Below are positions 37,197-45,492 of a stretch of DNA of 64,000 nt, piece by piece (the stretch's first letter is position 1; the number at the start of each line of letters is the position of its first letter). Origin of the DNA: a virus. The DNA is taken from the IMG/VR virus record IMGVR_UViG_3300045988_122521, one strand, 5' to 3'. Below the pieces are notes generated by a model. That model was not told the origin of the DNA and ran no database searches. It saw only the letters and a list, made by a program, of their open reading frames with translations. The translations under genes and the position numbers were made by a program.

Positions 37197-37834
37197 TTCT
37201 GTTTTTCCTTTCGCAGTTCATTTACAGCGTCTACCAGTTCGTTGATCTTATCCTGCATGACTTGCGTGTCTGGCGCGTATCTCATAGTCCCGTTTTCGGA
37301 CTTACGCACGCTCCCGCAGTGAAGAATCTCCTTGGGCTTCTGCACTACTGCTTTCTCATTCTCCCACCGTCCGATGCGCTTATAGCCATTGAAGCCGTTT
37401 TCCGCCTCGTACTTGGTGATGCAGTCCTCCTCGAACCCACGCTCCCGGCATTTCTCACACCGGCAGATGCTCTTGATGTACCCCACCCGGCCATCCACGG
37501 TCTCCACAAAATCTCCCTCGCGCAGGTACTCCGGCATCATCAACAGTTTCGTGGAGCTCAGCTTGTCGAGATCATCCTTTTCCGCATATCCGCAATCCCT
37601 GAGCATCCCCCTGATAAGTGCAAAGTCGTACTTGCCAATGCGAGTAAAATTCTGCGGCAGATCCTCTATATTGCCACTCCAGCCCGTCTGCGTCCCATCG
37701 TCCCACTTGAAAATGAAGCTGTGAAGCCGCCCTGGCCTCTGGTAAGAAAACACATATCCGGTAAGCGTTTTAGATGATGTGCCATCGGCATGTTCCAACC
37801 TCACATAATCTCCCACATGAAAAGTGTATATCAT
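37193..37834 (-). CDS. Hypothetical protein
   Basis: 213-aa ORF. Confidence 0.5.
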   Translation of the reverse strand: MIYTFHVGDYVRLEHADGTSSKTLTGYVFSYQRPGRLHSFIFKWDDGTQTGWSGNIEDLPQNFTRIGKYDFALIRGMLRDCGYAEKDDLDKLSSTKLLMMPEYLREGDFVETVDGRVGYIKSICRCEKCRERGFEEDCITKYEAENGFNGYKRIGRWENEKAVVQKPKEILHCGSVRKSENGTMRYAPDTQVMQDKINELVDAVNELRKEKQK

Positions 37835-38358
37835 TTCTGCTCGACCTCCTTCAGCGCTTTCTCCGCCTCCTCGCGGGTGAGGAATACGGTCTTACCGATT
37901 TCTCCGGCGTTTATACCTGACAGCGATTGCCAAACAAACCCTTCTACAATGTCCCACTCGATAAACAAGCCGAACAATTCCACGCGGATGGCTCTAACTT
38001 TATACACACTGATCGTTTTTCGACCCGTTACTTCGTAAAGCCTATCGCCCACCTTGCAAGGCGGCACCACAATCCTGCCGTCTTTGTCAGCTTCTTGATA
38101 TTTTTTGAGTTCCATGAGTGCGCTGTGCAATTTTGCCATTTCCAGGCCGCTAAAGTGCTCCTCTTGCATTGACTTGATTTCCCCGGGCGTCAGCCCCGTG
38201 TCCTCGTAGGCGGCAAGGCGATCCTTGAGGCGATTGCGGCAGTACAGCGCGGTGCAGTCAGCCATCGGCTTACCATGCTTACCCGTCCAATCCGCTTTGC
38301 ACTTCTGGCAGTCCATCATTGCCTGTCCATCGGTGTCGCGCTTCGTCAGTCGTTCCAT
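37831..38358 (-). CDS. Hypothetical protein
   Basis: Start MERLTKRDTDGQ. 175 aa. Confidence 0.5.
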   Translation of the reverse strand: MERLTKRDTDGQAMMDCQKCKADWTGKHGKPMADCTALYCRNRLKDRLAAYEDTGLTPGEIKSMQEEHFSGLEMAKLHSALMELKKYQEADKDGRIVVPPCKVGDRLYEVTGRKTISVYKVRAIRVELFGLFIEWDIVEGFVWQSLSGINAGEIGKTVFLTREEAEKALKEVEQK

Positions 38359-38945
38359 CACTCCACCTCCTCTACATAGCACCAGCTCTGGGGCGGGCGT
38401 TCAAGCGTTCTCCCACACTCAACAAGATTGATACTCCCGTCAGGGTTGTAGTCATATTTTTGATATGAGCAAGCAATCATGCGCGATTGACACGATTTAT
38501 CATCATTTTTATACATGCACACAGGAGAAAACTCGCTCAGTTTCTTCAGCGGATCGTAGATTTTCAGGTTGGAGATATGCCATCCGTAGCCAGCCTTCGC
38601 TTGCAGATACTCGTGCATATCTTTGAGGGTAAGGCACGACTGCCGCGCCACATCGTTTGTTGTCGGCTGACCCTCACCCTTGACAGAGTAGCTGCCGCCG
38701 GGTGAGCGCGTTTCCAGCTCATAAATGCGGTCGCAGATAAACTCGCCAATGATCGTTCCGCCAACCTCCATCTGTACCCATTTATCATTGATGATATGGG
38801 GAACAGTTCCTTTTGTCCGGTAAATGTAGCACTTAAACGGCGTTTCCAGCTTCGGACGGGTCTTTCGCACCTCAATGCTCTTTTCGCCCCTACAAATCTT
38901 CTCGCACCACTTCGGGCGGATGCTTATCATAACGGCCTTGCTCAT
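38358..38945 (-). CDS. ASCH-domain protein (paralog of 16139..16693)
   Basis: MSKAVMISIRPKWCEKICRGEKSIEVRKTRP ... RPPQSWCYVEE. Confidence 0.65.
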   Translation of the reverse strand: MSKAVMISIRPKWCEKICRGEKSIEVRKTRPKLETPFKCYIYRTKGTVPHIINDKWVQMEVGGTIIGEFICDRIYELETRSPGGSYSVKGEGQPTTNDVARQSCLTLKDMHEYLQAKAGYGWHISNLKIYDPLKKLSEFSPVCMYKNDDKSCQSRMIACSYQKYDYNPDGSINLVECGRTLERPPQSWCYVEEVE

Positions 38946-39448
38946 GCCTTTTTCTCCTTCCACGGTGTATCCACGCACTCCGGCTTCTTGCAGCGCATCT
39001 CGATTGCCCACAGCAGATTCCATGCCGCCGCCAGCAGGTGATCCTCGTCCTCCTGCCCGTCCAGATACTTCGCCGCGTGTCGCATGGCGCTGTCCATCAG
39101 GCTGCTGGTGGGGATGCCTTTATCGACATTATGCGTCCCATACTTGAGTGCCCCTGCCTCGCAGTGCCTGCTTACCTCGATGATCGCCGCCCACGGGAGA
39201 AGATCCATGCGGCCTTTCCCGCTGTGCATATCCCTCTGCGCCCCGGTGCTGAAGGTGGTACGCTCCCCGCTGTCCTTGATACCGCCCACCACGCCCGCTT
39301 TTGGCTTTTCGGCAGACTTTTCAAGAATCTCACGGATTGGAGACCCTGCTGCCTCAATTTCCTTGTAGCAGTCCGGGCAGTAGCAGTAAATATTTGAGCC
39401 GGATACTGCCGCATCAAAGTCCTTTCCGCATTTTCCGCATACGTTCAT
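38942..39448 (-). CDS. dNTP diphosphohydrolase-like (dATP/dGTP pyrophosphohydrolase N-domain-like) protein
   Basis: The pattern KDSGERT.F.TGA.RD...GKGRMDLLPW.A...VSRH.E.GA.KYG..N..KGI......DSA.RH......G.DEDHL.AAAWN recalls DUF5664-type domains. Assignment is from memory. Confidence 0.45.
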   Translation of the reverse strand: MNVCGKCGKDFDAAVSGSNIYCYCPDCYKEIEAAGSPIREILEKSAEKPKAGVVGGIKDSGERTTFSTGAQRDMHSGKGRMDLLPWAAIIEVSRHCEAGALKYGTHNVDKGIPTSSLMDSAMRHAAKYLDGQEDEDHLLAAAWNLLWAIEMRCKKPECVDTPWKEKKA

Positions 39449-40017
39449 GTTTCTATCTCTCCTTTCGGTCGTTCCAACGGTCTGTACACCGTCTGCGTTC
39501 CCTTAATGTGCGGTATGTGCCACACACACCACATCACATCCATCAATGGGCTTCCGCCGTGGTCGTCCTTGAAAAAGAAGTCCGGTCTCCATGTCAGGGG
39601 CAGAATGTAACTGGGCGGGAACTCATCAAACAAAGATAAGCGGCGTTTCGCGTGCCAGAACTGTGACTTCACCAGAAACGCAAATGGCTTGCCCAGCTCC
39701 GCTGCCCTGCGGATAAACGCCTCCGCCAGCGAGAAAGGCGGGTTCGTGATAATCCAATCAGCCGCGTCAATGCTGGACTTCAAGAAGTCCGTCCCATCCA
39801 GAATGTCCGTTGTATAAACGGTCTCAAAGTACGTCTGAAGCACACCGGCCATATCCCCCTCACCTGCCGCCGGTTCCCAGATCACCGTGTTCTCCGGCAG
39901 ACGAAGGAAATCAAGCAGTGCCACCGTCACCTCCGGCGGCGTCGGGTAAAAATCCGACTCCCTTCTGCCAATCGCGCTGTTGCCGCCCGCTATGCGGCTC
40001 GCCTGTAAACTATCCAT
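39445..40017 (-). CDS. N6-adenine DNA methyltransferase (NPPF)
   Basis: Start MDSLQASRIAG. FYPTPPEV, WEPAAGEGDMA (motif I), ITNPPFS (motif IV). Confidence 0.7.
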   Translation of the reverse strand: MDSLQASRIAGGNSAIGRRESDFYPTPPEVTVALLDFLRLPENTVIWEPAAGEGDMAGVLQTYFETVYTTDILDGTDFLKSSIDAADWIITNPPFSLAEAFIRRAAELGKPFAFLVKSQFWHAKRRLSLFDEFPPSYILPLTWRPDFFFKDDHGGSPLMDVMWCVWHIPHIKGTQTVYRPLERPKGEIET

Positions 40018-40019
40018 TG

Positions 40020-41093
40020 TCAATACCTCACTCCGATGTAGTCCAGCACCCGCGCATATCCCAGGCCGTCTTTCGTGGGCTTCCACAGACCGTCCGTGTC
40101 GAATGCGCCGCCGCCGATGCAGAATTGGTAGTGCTTCGGGTGCGTTTCTTTCATGCGCTGAAATCGGTTGATCCCCTTTTCCAGATGCGAACCGAAACCG
40201 CAGAACATACAGCCCGTTCTTTGGCAGCCAGTGCAATGCAGCTGGCAGTCCACCAGCGTCGCGTCGTAGTCGTTCTCGCCGTCGCTGGCCACGATGTCGC
40301 CGTACACGCTGGCGTAGGGGAGTTGACGCTCCACGATAAATTGCAGCACATCCTGCTCCGTCCAGAAACTCATGGGCTTAGATAAGGGACGCCTTCCCTC
40401 AAAAGCGTTGCAGCCGGTTTCGCGCCATTTTTGCATACGCAGAAGACTTTCCTCCGCCATTGTTGCCGTCGTGGGCTTGACATCCGCTCGGTGCTCATAG
40501 CTCTTTGCCGGGGACTTTTTCATAATTCCACAGCACTTGTCTGATATGAGAAATGGAGCCGAAAGCAAATACGCCCACTTTTCACAGTTGTACATACTCT
40601 TTTCCCCATCGGCGCGTAAGACTTCCCCACGCAATAGCTTCATACTTCGGCTATCTGGTGAACGCCGCGCGGTTTCTATCCGGTGCGCTACGTCTTTACC
40701 GATGATGCTGTACCCGTACTTCGTCACCACCTGCCGAATGTTCATCTTCGGACGTAGACGGTGGAGGTTGACGGTCACGCGGGGGAACTCCCTCCGCAGC
40801 CAGTCGGCGTACTCATTGACGAACTTCTGTATCTCCGGGTACTCCAACCCAGTGTTCACAAACACCAGATTCAGCTCCCACGGCGGCGTCCTGAAGCTCG
40901 ACAGGTACCGCGCCGCCAGATACGCCAGCACCGTGCTGTCCTTGCCGCCGGAGAAACTGACATAGCACTGCCCGCCCCATGCGGTGTACCACTCGTTCAG
41001 CTTTTCATAGGTCAGCACTTCTTTGTCCTGCACGTCCAGTGCCATCAGTTTCTTCGCTGCCTCTTGCGTCAAGGGTCGGTTGGTTAATCCCAT
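40020..41093 (-). CDS. PAPS-reductase-family (PP-loop ATP pyrophosphatase) protein with C-terminal Cys cluster
   Basis: PP-loop SFSGGKDS. C-terminal CQLHCTGCQRTGCMFCGFG. 357 aa. Confidence 0.75.
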   Translation of the reverse strand: MGLTNRPLTQEAAKKLMALDVQDKEVLTYEKLNEWYTAWGGQCYVSFSGGKDSTVLAYLAARYLSSFRTPPWELNLVFVNTGLEYPEIQKFVNEYADWLRREFPRVTVNLHRLRPKMNIRQVVTKYGYSIIGKDVAHRIETARRSPDSRSMKLLRGEVLRADGEKSMYNCEKWAYLLSAPFLISDKCCGIMKKSPAKSYEHRADVKPTTATMAEESLLRMQKWRETGCNAFEGRRPLSKPMSFWTEQDVLQFIVERQLPYASVYGDIVASDGENDYDATLVDCQLHCTGCQRTGCMFCGFGSHLEKGINRFQRMKETHPKHYQFCIGGGAFDTDGLWKPTKDGLGYARVLDYIGVRY

Positions 41094-41103
41094 CTCTATC
41101 CTC

Positions 41104-41385
41104 CTATAAACTGAACCACAGGTAATCCCGCAGTTTTTTCTTAGCTCTCTGCACGCTTCGACTTATCGTGGACTTATTTACCCCGAACCGCTCCGCCAGC
41201 TGCTCCATCGTCAGGCGCTCCGAATAGTACGCCAATAAGTACATCCGCTGTTTCTCCGGCAACTTGGACAGCGCTGCCGGCAGTTTTCTTTTCAGCCGAA
41301 GAAGCCTTTCCGCATTGTCCTCTGCCATCTCGTCCCGAAACCTTTGTGCGCCCAGCAGGTTTTCGAGGACAGTTTCTCTCGGCAT
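41104..41385 (-). CDS. Sigma-70 region-4-like HTH protein (C-terminal part of a split sigma-like gene?)
   Basis: LPEKQRMYLLAYYSERLTMEQLAERFGVNKSTISRSVQRAKKKL. The ATG at 41385 lies inside the upstream ORF. Confidence 0.55.
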   Translation of the reverse strand: MPRETVLENLLGAQRFRDEMAEDNAERLLRLKRKLPAALSKLPEKQRMYLLAYYSERLTMEQLAERFGVNKSTISRSVQRAKKKLRDYLWFSL

Positions 41386-41593
41386 AGTCGGCTCTGAACT
41401 CCTCATCGAGCCAATACCCCCTCTCGTAATATGACCGGCAGGCTTTCTCCGCACGCCGCAGATCGCGATATACCTCGCGCATCTTATTTTCTATGTACGG
41501 AGATGGTGGCTCTGCAGCTCGTAGCCGTTGTATCTGTACCTGTACCCTTTCGGCACTCTCTGCGTACTGCTCTGCGATTTCGATCAGAAGCAC
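41174..41593 (-). CDS. ORF with protein-like first ~70 aa, then runs out of frame across the region-4 gene
   Basis: GTG start with a GGAGGAGGTGG RBS. MLLIEIAEQYAESAERVQVQIQRLRAAEPP...YWLDEEFRADYAE is followed by an Arg/Gly/Ala-rich tail. Confidence 0.35.
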   Translation of the reverse strand: MLLIEIAEQYAESAERVQVQIQRLRAAEPPSPYIENKMREVYRDLRRAEKACRSYYERGYWLDEEFRADYAERNCPRKPAGRTKVSGRDGRGQCGKASSAEKKTAGSAVQVAGETADVLIGVLFGAPDDGAAGGAVRGK

Positions 41594-41650
41594 TTAGCGC
41601 CACCTCCTCCAACTTGCCGGTAACTTGCTCTCTCCCTTTACGGCGTGATG

Positions 41651-41698
41651 ATAATAGCACACCGTGTAAACACACATTTCACCGCTTTTTTGAAAAAA
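41651..41698 (-). promoter_or_regulatory. Composite promoter-like motif, copy 4
   Basis: Minus strand reads TTTTTTCAAAAAAGCGGTGAAATGTGTGTTTACACGGTGTGCTATTAT. About 60 nt upstream of the GTG at 41593. Confidence 0.45.
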
Positions 41699-42136
41699 TA
41701 ATGCAGGGTATCACCCCTGCTTCGCCTACATATGGCCCGTCCCACAGCCACGCGCCACAAAGGTCGTTTCCCTCCCTCACATACATGGCGCTATGCGCCC
41801 GCCGAAATTTTATTTTTTTGCCCCGCCCTTTTGGCGGGTTCCTTTTTTCGCTCCGGTTTCAAAACCACCCCCACCTCCTAACTTGCCTGTAAATTGCCGT
41901 AGCAGCGTCCATTGTTCTTATTACTGCATAAAAACCGCGAGAAGTGACGTGTAAGGGAACATTCGTGGGGGGAGGAGAGTTAAGCGCCGCGGGCGCTTTC
42001 CGCCGCCCCTCCGGATTGTAAACCACCCCCCCCCACCGGTGCCGCGCGGCAGTGGCTACGGGCGGCGATGGCCGTCGCAGGGTTGCCCGTCCTGCATTTT
42101 TGCGCCATTTTTGCAAGAATATTGCATCACGCCGCC

Positions 42137-42177
42137 GGTTTCCGTGCGCATTATTGTATATAATGCAAACGGAAACC
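42137..42177. repeat. 41-nt inverted repeat around an AT-rich centre
   Basis: GGTTTCCGT-gc-GCATTAT-tgtat-ATAATGC-aa-ACGGAAACC. Contains a TATAAT-like hexamer. Confidence 0.6.
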
Positions 42178-42821
42178 ACTTTTCCTTGCAAGTTTTCTTG
42201 CGTTCCGGGTTTTAGAGGCGTTCCGTCCGTTCTCATAGCAGGGGTTCGCCGCCCTCGGCGGTGTGGCGGTCGGTGTCTGGCGGATGGTCAAGGCGTGGCC
42301 CTGCTCCCGCTCCGCCTGCCGCCTGTCTCTGCGCCGGTGGCTGTTGGCCCCGAACATTGGCCGCGGGGTGACTCCTCTCCCCTCCTCCCTCCGCCGCTCT
42401 TTTTCGGTGGAGATGGTCGCCCGCTGGTGGTGGCTGCTCTGCTCTGGTGCTCTCCTTCTCCGGCTGTCCTGTTGGGGGCTTTGGCTCTCGGTTCTTCTCT
42501 GCTGGGGGTGGTTATATACGGTAGTATATTTAAGTGTTTTCAACCGCGCCCGCAATTAACGCGCGCGCACGCGTGAGGGGCTGCCGCTGCTCTTTCCCGC
42601 TCCTTTGCCCTCTGCGGGGCCGCTGGCGGCGTTTTAGCCTGGGGTCTGGTGTCGGGGCATTCCTTCGACGCTTGGAAAGCGTGGCGGGGCGTTTCTGCCC
42701 GTTTTCTATATTTCCGGCGGCATTGTCAAAAATCCGCACGGGCATAAAATTAGCGCCGCTGGGGCGGTTTTGGTTCCGTCCTGGCGGTGCTGGTTTGGGC
42801 TCTTCGGTTGTCTGTTTTGGG

Positions 42822-43097
42822 TCAGGCGGTGACGATCTCGGCGGGGCTGGGGCTGCCGTGGAAGTCTCCGGCCCACGCCTGATATATTGCGCCGTGTTCC
42901 CCTACTGCCGTTACCCATCCGCGCACGGTGGCGGCCATACGGCACGGGACGCGGGGCCAGCGGCGGCCCACGTCAAGCCAGATTTGCAGGCCGTCCGCTG
43001 CTGCGGCTCTGATCTCCGCGGCGGTGTATAGCTGTGCTTTACCCTCTGGGGCGATGTTGTACAGGGTTCCCGGGCTGGTGGTGTTGTTGGTCGTCAT
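42822..43097 (-). CDS. Hypothetical protein
   Basis: 91-aa ORF. Confidence 0.4.
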   Translation of the reverse strand: MTTNNTTSPGTLYNIAPEGKAQLYTAAEIRAAAADGLQIWLDVGRRWPRVPCRMAATVRGWVTAVGEHGAIYQAWAGDFHGSPSPAEIVTA

Positions 43098-43140
43098 GGT
43101 GTCTTGTCTCCTTCCTGCGCCTTGCTGGGCGCGTCCGTGG

Positions 43141-43401
43141 TTAGTCCTCTATGATCTCGCAGCAGATGCCGCCGTCCAGGCTCTGGCATACGATGCCCGC
43201 GCCGTATCGCCTTAAAAAGTCGTTCAGCTCGTCCCGGTCAAGGTACCTTTCCCCTTGGTCGTCCTCGGTGTACCAGTGTTCCACGGCGGCGAAAACGTGG
43301 ATTTCCTCCGGGTAGTATAGGCCGATGTATTCGGCCAGCTCTTCCAGGTTGCGGAACTCCAAAAAGCGCCCCGCCTCCTGTTTCTGCTCGGTCCTGCTCA
43401 T
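43141..43401 (-). CDS. Hypothetical acidic protein
   Basis: 86-aa ORF with a 4-nt overlap with the upstream gene. Confidence 0.5.
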   Translation of the reverse strand: MSRTEQKQEAGRFLEFRNLEELAEYIGLYYPEEIHVFAAVEHWYTEDDQGERYLDRDELNDFLRRYGAGIVCQSLDGGICCEIIED

Positions 43402-44006
43402 GCTTCCGCCTCCTCTCCCTGCTGGGCGTGGTAGCGCTCCCGCATAGCCCGCAGCCGCTTAGATACGGCTTGATGACTCATCATCAGGGCCGCGCCGATC
43501 TCCTCGACGGTGTAGCCCTTGGCGGTCATGGTCAATATAACGCGGTCGGACTGGTCGCGGGCGACGCTCTCCACGCTCTCGCGGATGATGGCGGCGCTTT
43601 CGGGGCTGGGGGCCACGGCGTCACACGCCGCGCCGCCCTCCGTGTCGATCTGCCAGCGCTCCGCGCCGTCGTCGTCTACGGTGGCGGAGATGGCGCGGGC
43701 GTGTCTCTGCTCCGCTCTGCTGATGCTGTGCGCGGCCTGGGCCGCTGCGCGGTACAGGATTACAGACAGCGGCGCGGGGTCCTCCTGCGTCTCGTTGCGC
43801 GTCAGGGCGGCGGGGATCCGCGTCCAGGCATCGGCGGCGACGGTCTGCGCGTCGTCCTCCGTCTCAATCCATGCCGCGCCCGTCTGGTTGCGGGCCTCCG
43901 CGCGGCGGCGGACGGTCCAGGCCATCGCCACCAGCGCGTCAAACTGCCGCTCTCCGGTCATCTGCGCCCATTCGGCGCGGGCGGTCTTGGTGTTAATCTT
44001 AGTCAT
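43398..44006 (-). CDS. Sigma-factor-like / region-4 HTH regulator
   Basis: C-terminal DRVILTMTAKGYTVEEIGAALMMSHQAVSKRLRAMRE. 202 aa. Confidence 0.55.
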   Translation of the reverse strand: MTKINTKTARAEWAQMTGERQFDALVAMAWTVRRRAEARNQTGAAWIETEDDAQTVAADAWTRIPAALTRNETQEDPAPLSVILYRAAAQAAHSISRAEQRHARAISATVDDDGAERWQIDTEGGAACDAVAPSPESAAIIRESVESVARDQSDRVILTMTAKGYTVEEIGAALMMSHQAVSKRLRAMRERYHAQQGEEAEA

Positions 44007-44472
44007 GGTTTGTTTCCTCCTTGATTTTTTGCCTCATTCCGGTTATACTCAAGGCGGCGGGGGTAAGGCTCCCCGCTCACCTTTTGGTGTGGGTCTGCGG
44101 TGTGCTTTGGTCGGCGATCCGCAGGCCCTTTTTTATTCGGCCTTAGCGGCCCTAATCATTCGGGCAGCTTCTTCCGGTGTGGTCGCGGTGGTTTCCACCA
44201 GCCGCGCCAGCGTTTCCAGAAACGCGTTAAACTCGGCGTTCGTCATCCCGTCGGGCATTTCCTCACTTCCTTTCAAAAGAGGCTCGCGGTTTTTTCCTCT
44301 GCCTTACATTTAATATTATAAACTGTGTGGTTTATTTTTTCAATTGTATAGTTTAACAAAATATTTATCTTTTATTTGTGTGGCTTGACAAAAGCAATAA
44401 AATAGTTTATTTTGGTTGCAAAATGACGGCCCGCCGGTAGACTATACAGCGAGGCCGCAGGAGGTGAAAGAA

Positions 44473-44733
44473 ATGCAGACATCAAAACTTATCCGGCGCG
44501 TGCTTCTTGAACAAGACTTTAACGCCGCCCAGTTGGCGGCAAAAATCGGAACAAGCCCGCAGAACTTGGGGCAAAAGCTCCGGCGTGATAGCTGGAGCGT
44601 TTCGGATCTGGCCGACATTGCCGCCGCCCTGGGCTGCGGCTTCTCCGTGTCCTTCCACCTGCCGGACGGTCAGACGTTGAGCGCAGAGCAGCCCGCCCCC
44701 ACCAGCGACACCGGCACCACCCCCAACACCTGA
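44473..44733 (+). CDS. XRE-family HTH protein
   Basis: Start MQTSKLIRRVL with an AGGAGG RBS. FNAAQLAAKIGTSPQNLGQKLRR. Confidence 0.65.
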   Translation: MQTSKLIRRVLLEQDFNAAQLAAKIGTSPQNLGQKLRRDSWSVSDLADIAAALGCGFSVSFHLPDGQTLSAEQPAPTSDTGTTPNT

Positions 44734-44768
44734 ACAGCGCCCCGCGCTTTTTGCGGGGAAACAAGAAC

Positions 44769-44802
44769 AGCGCCCCCAGAAATTTTCTGGGAGCGCTTTT
44801 TT
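44769..44802 (+). terminator. Rho-independent terminator
   Basis: AGCGCCCCCAGAAA/TTTCTGGGAGCGCT followed by T6. Confidence 0.6.
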
Positions 44803-44834
44803 CATGCCCTGAACAGGGCGGAAAGGAGAACACC

Positions 44835-45269
44835 ATGCAGAATCTTTTGAAATTTGAGGACATCCGCACCGGCGGCGCGTATATCGCCGTTACCACCTCC
44901 GGCGACCTGTTCGCCGCCAGCTACAGCGAGGATCATAAAAATATGTTCTTCGCCATCCCGTCAACGTATCAGATCGCAGGGTATCGCCCCGCCGACCTGG
45001 ACGAGGGCGACCGCGTGCGCGTCCACCTGTACGACAACAGCGGGCGGGAGATCGTGACGCGCCATTTCGGCGACGTGTTCACCGTCCGGCGGGAATCCGG
45101 GCGGCTGGGCATCGACTGGAACACCGAGCGCAGCCCCTACACCAGCCGCGGCGAGGTGTTCGCCCCGCTTTCCACCTTTGCACCCTCCGTCATCTTCGAG
45201 CAGATCGGCACGGGGTATAAATTCTATTGGGACAACATCACGAACAGCATCAAGCGAAAGGAGCGCTAA
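44835..45269 (+). CDS. Hypothetical protein
   Basis: Start MQNLLKFEDIRTGG with an AAAGGAG RBS. 144 aa. Confidence 0.55.
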   Translation: MQNLLKFEDIRTGGAYIAVTTSGDLFAASYSEDHKNMFFAIPSTYQIAGYRPADLDEGDRVRVHLYDNSGREIVTRHFGDVFTVRRESGRLGIDWNTERSPYTSRGEVFAPLSTFAPSVIFEQIGTGYKFYWDNITNSIKRKER

Positions 45270-45273
45270 AAAA

Positions 45274-45375
45274 ATGACTCTAATTTCATACATCGTCACC
45301 GCCACCGGCGCCGCCACTCTGGCGGCGTTTTTTGTTCGCCTGCTGGATCGCATCGACCGCCCCGGCAAGCGCTGA
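45274..45375 (+). CDS. Small hydrophobic peptide
   Basis: 33 aa, MTLISYIVTATGAATLAAFFVRLLDRIDRPGKR. Starts 5 nt after the previous stop. Confidence 0.3.
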   Translation: MTLISYIVTATGAATLAAFFVRLLDRIDRPGKR

Positions 45376-45432
45376 ACAGCCGCTCCGCCGCCTCTGGGGA
45401 GTTGGGCGCACCAGCTCCACCCCAGCGAGAAA

Positions 45433-45472
45433 AGTAAATTTTGCCGCCCGTGTTTACACGGCGGCGCATACT
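45433..45472 (+). promoter_or_regulatory. Composite promoter-like motif, copy 1 (weaker upstream half)
   Basis: GTGTTTACACGG at 45450-45461, then CGGCG-CATACT. About 25 nt before the 45493 start. Confidence 0.4.
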
Positions 45473-45492
45473 GAAAACAGGAGGAACACCAC

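Noticed and set aside
41822-41848. Hairpin CCCGCC-cttttGGCGGG plus a T-run as the terminator of a minus-strand operon.
   Set aside because: The U-tract is on the plus strand only, and no plus-strand gene ends there. It is kept only as part of the non-coding-region finding.
42052-43031. ORFs 42052-42576 and 42534-43031 as protein genes in the long non-coding region.
   Set aside because: Low-complexity Arg/Pro/Gly/Leu composition, no RBS. They overlap repeats and the minus-strand gene 42822-43097.
44132-44258. Small minus-strand gene MPDGMTNAEFNAF..LETLARLVETTATTPEEAARMIRAAKAE with a good RBS.
   Set aside because: The two halves are in different frames, separated at a T4 run near 44216-44222, so there is no intact ORF. 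It may be a frameshifted remnant or a homopolymer error. Not called.
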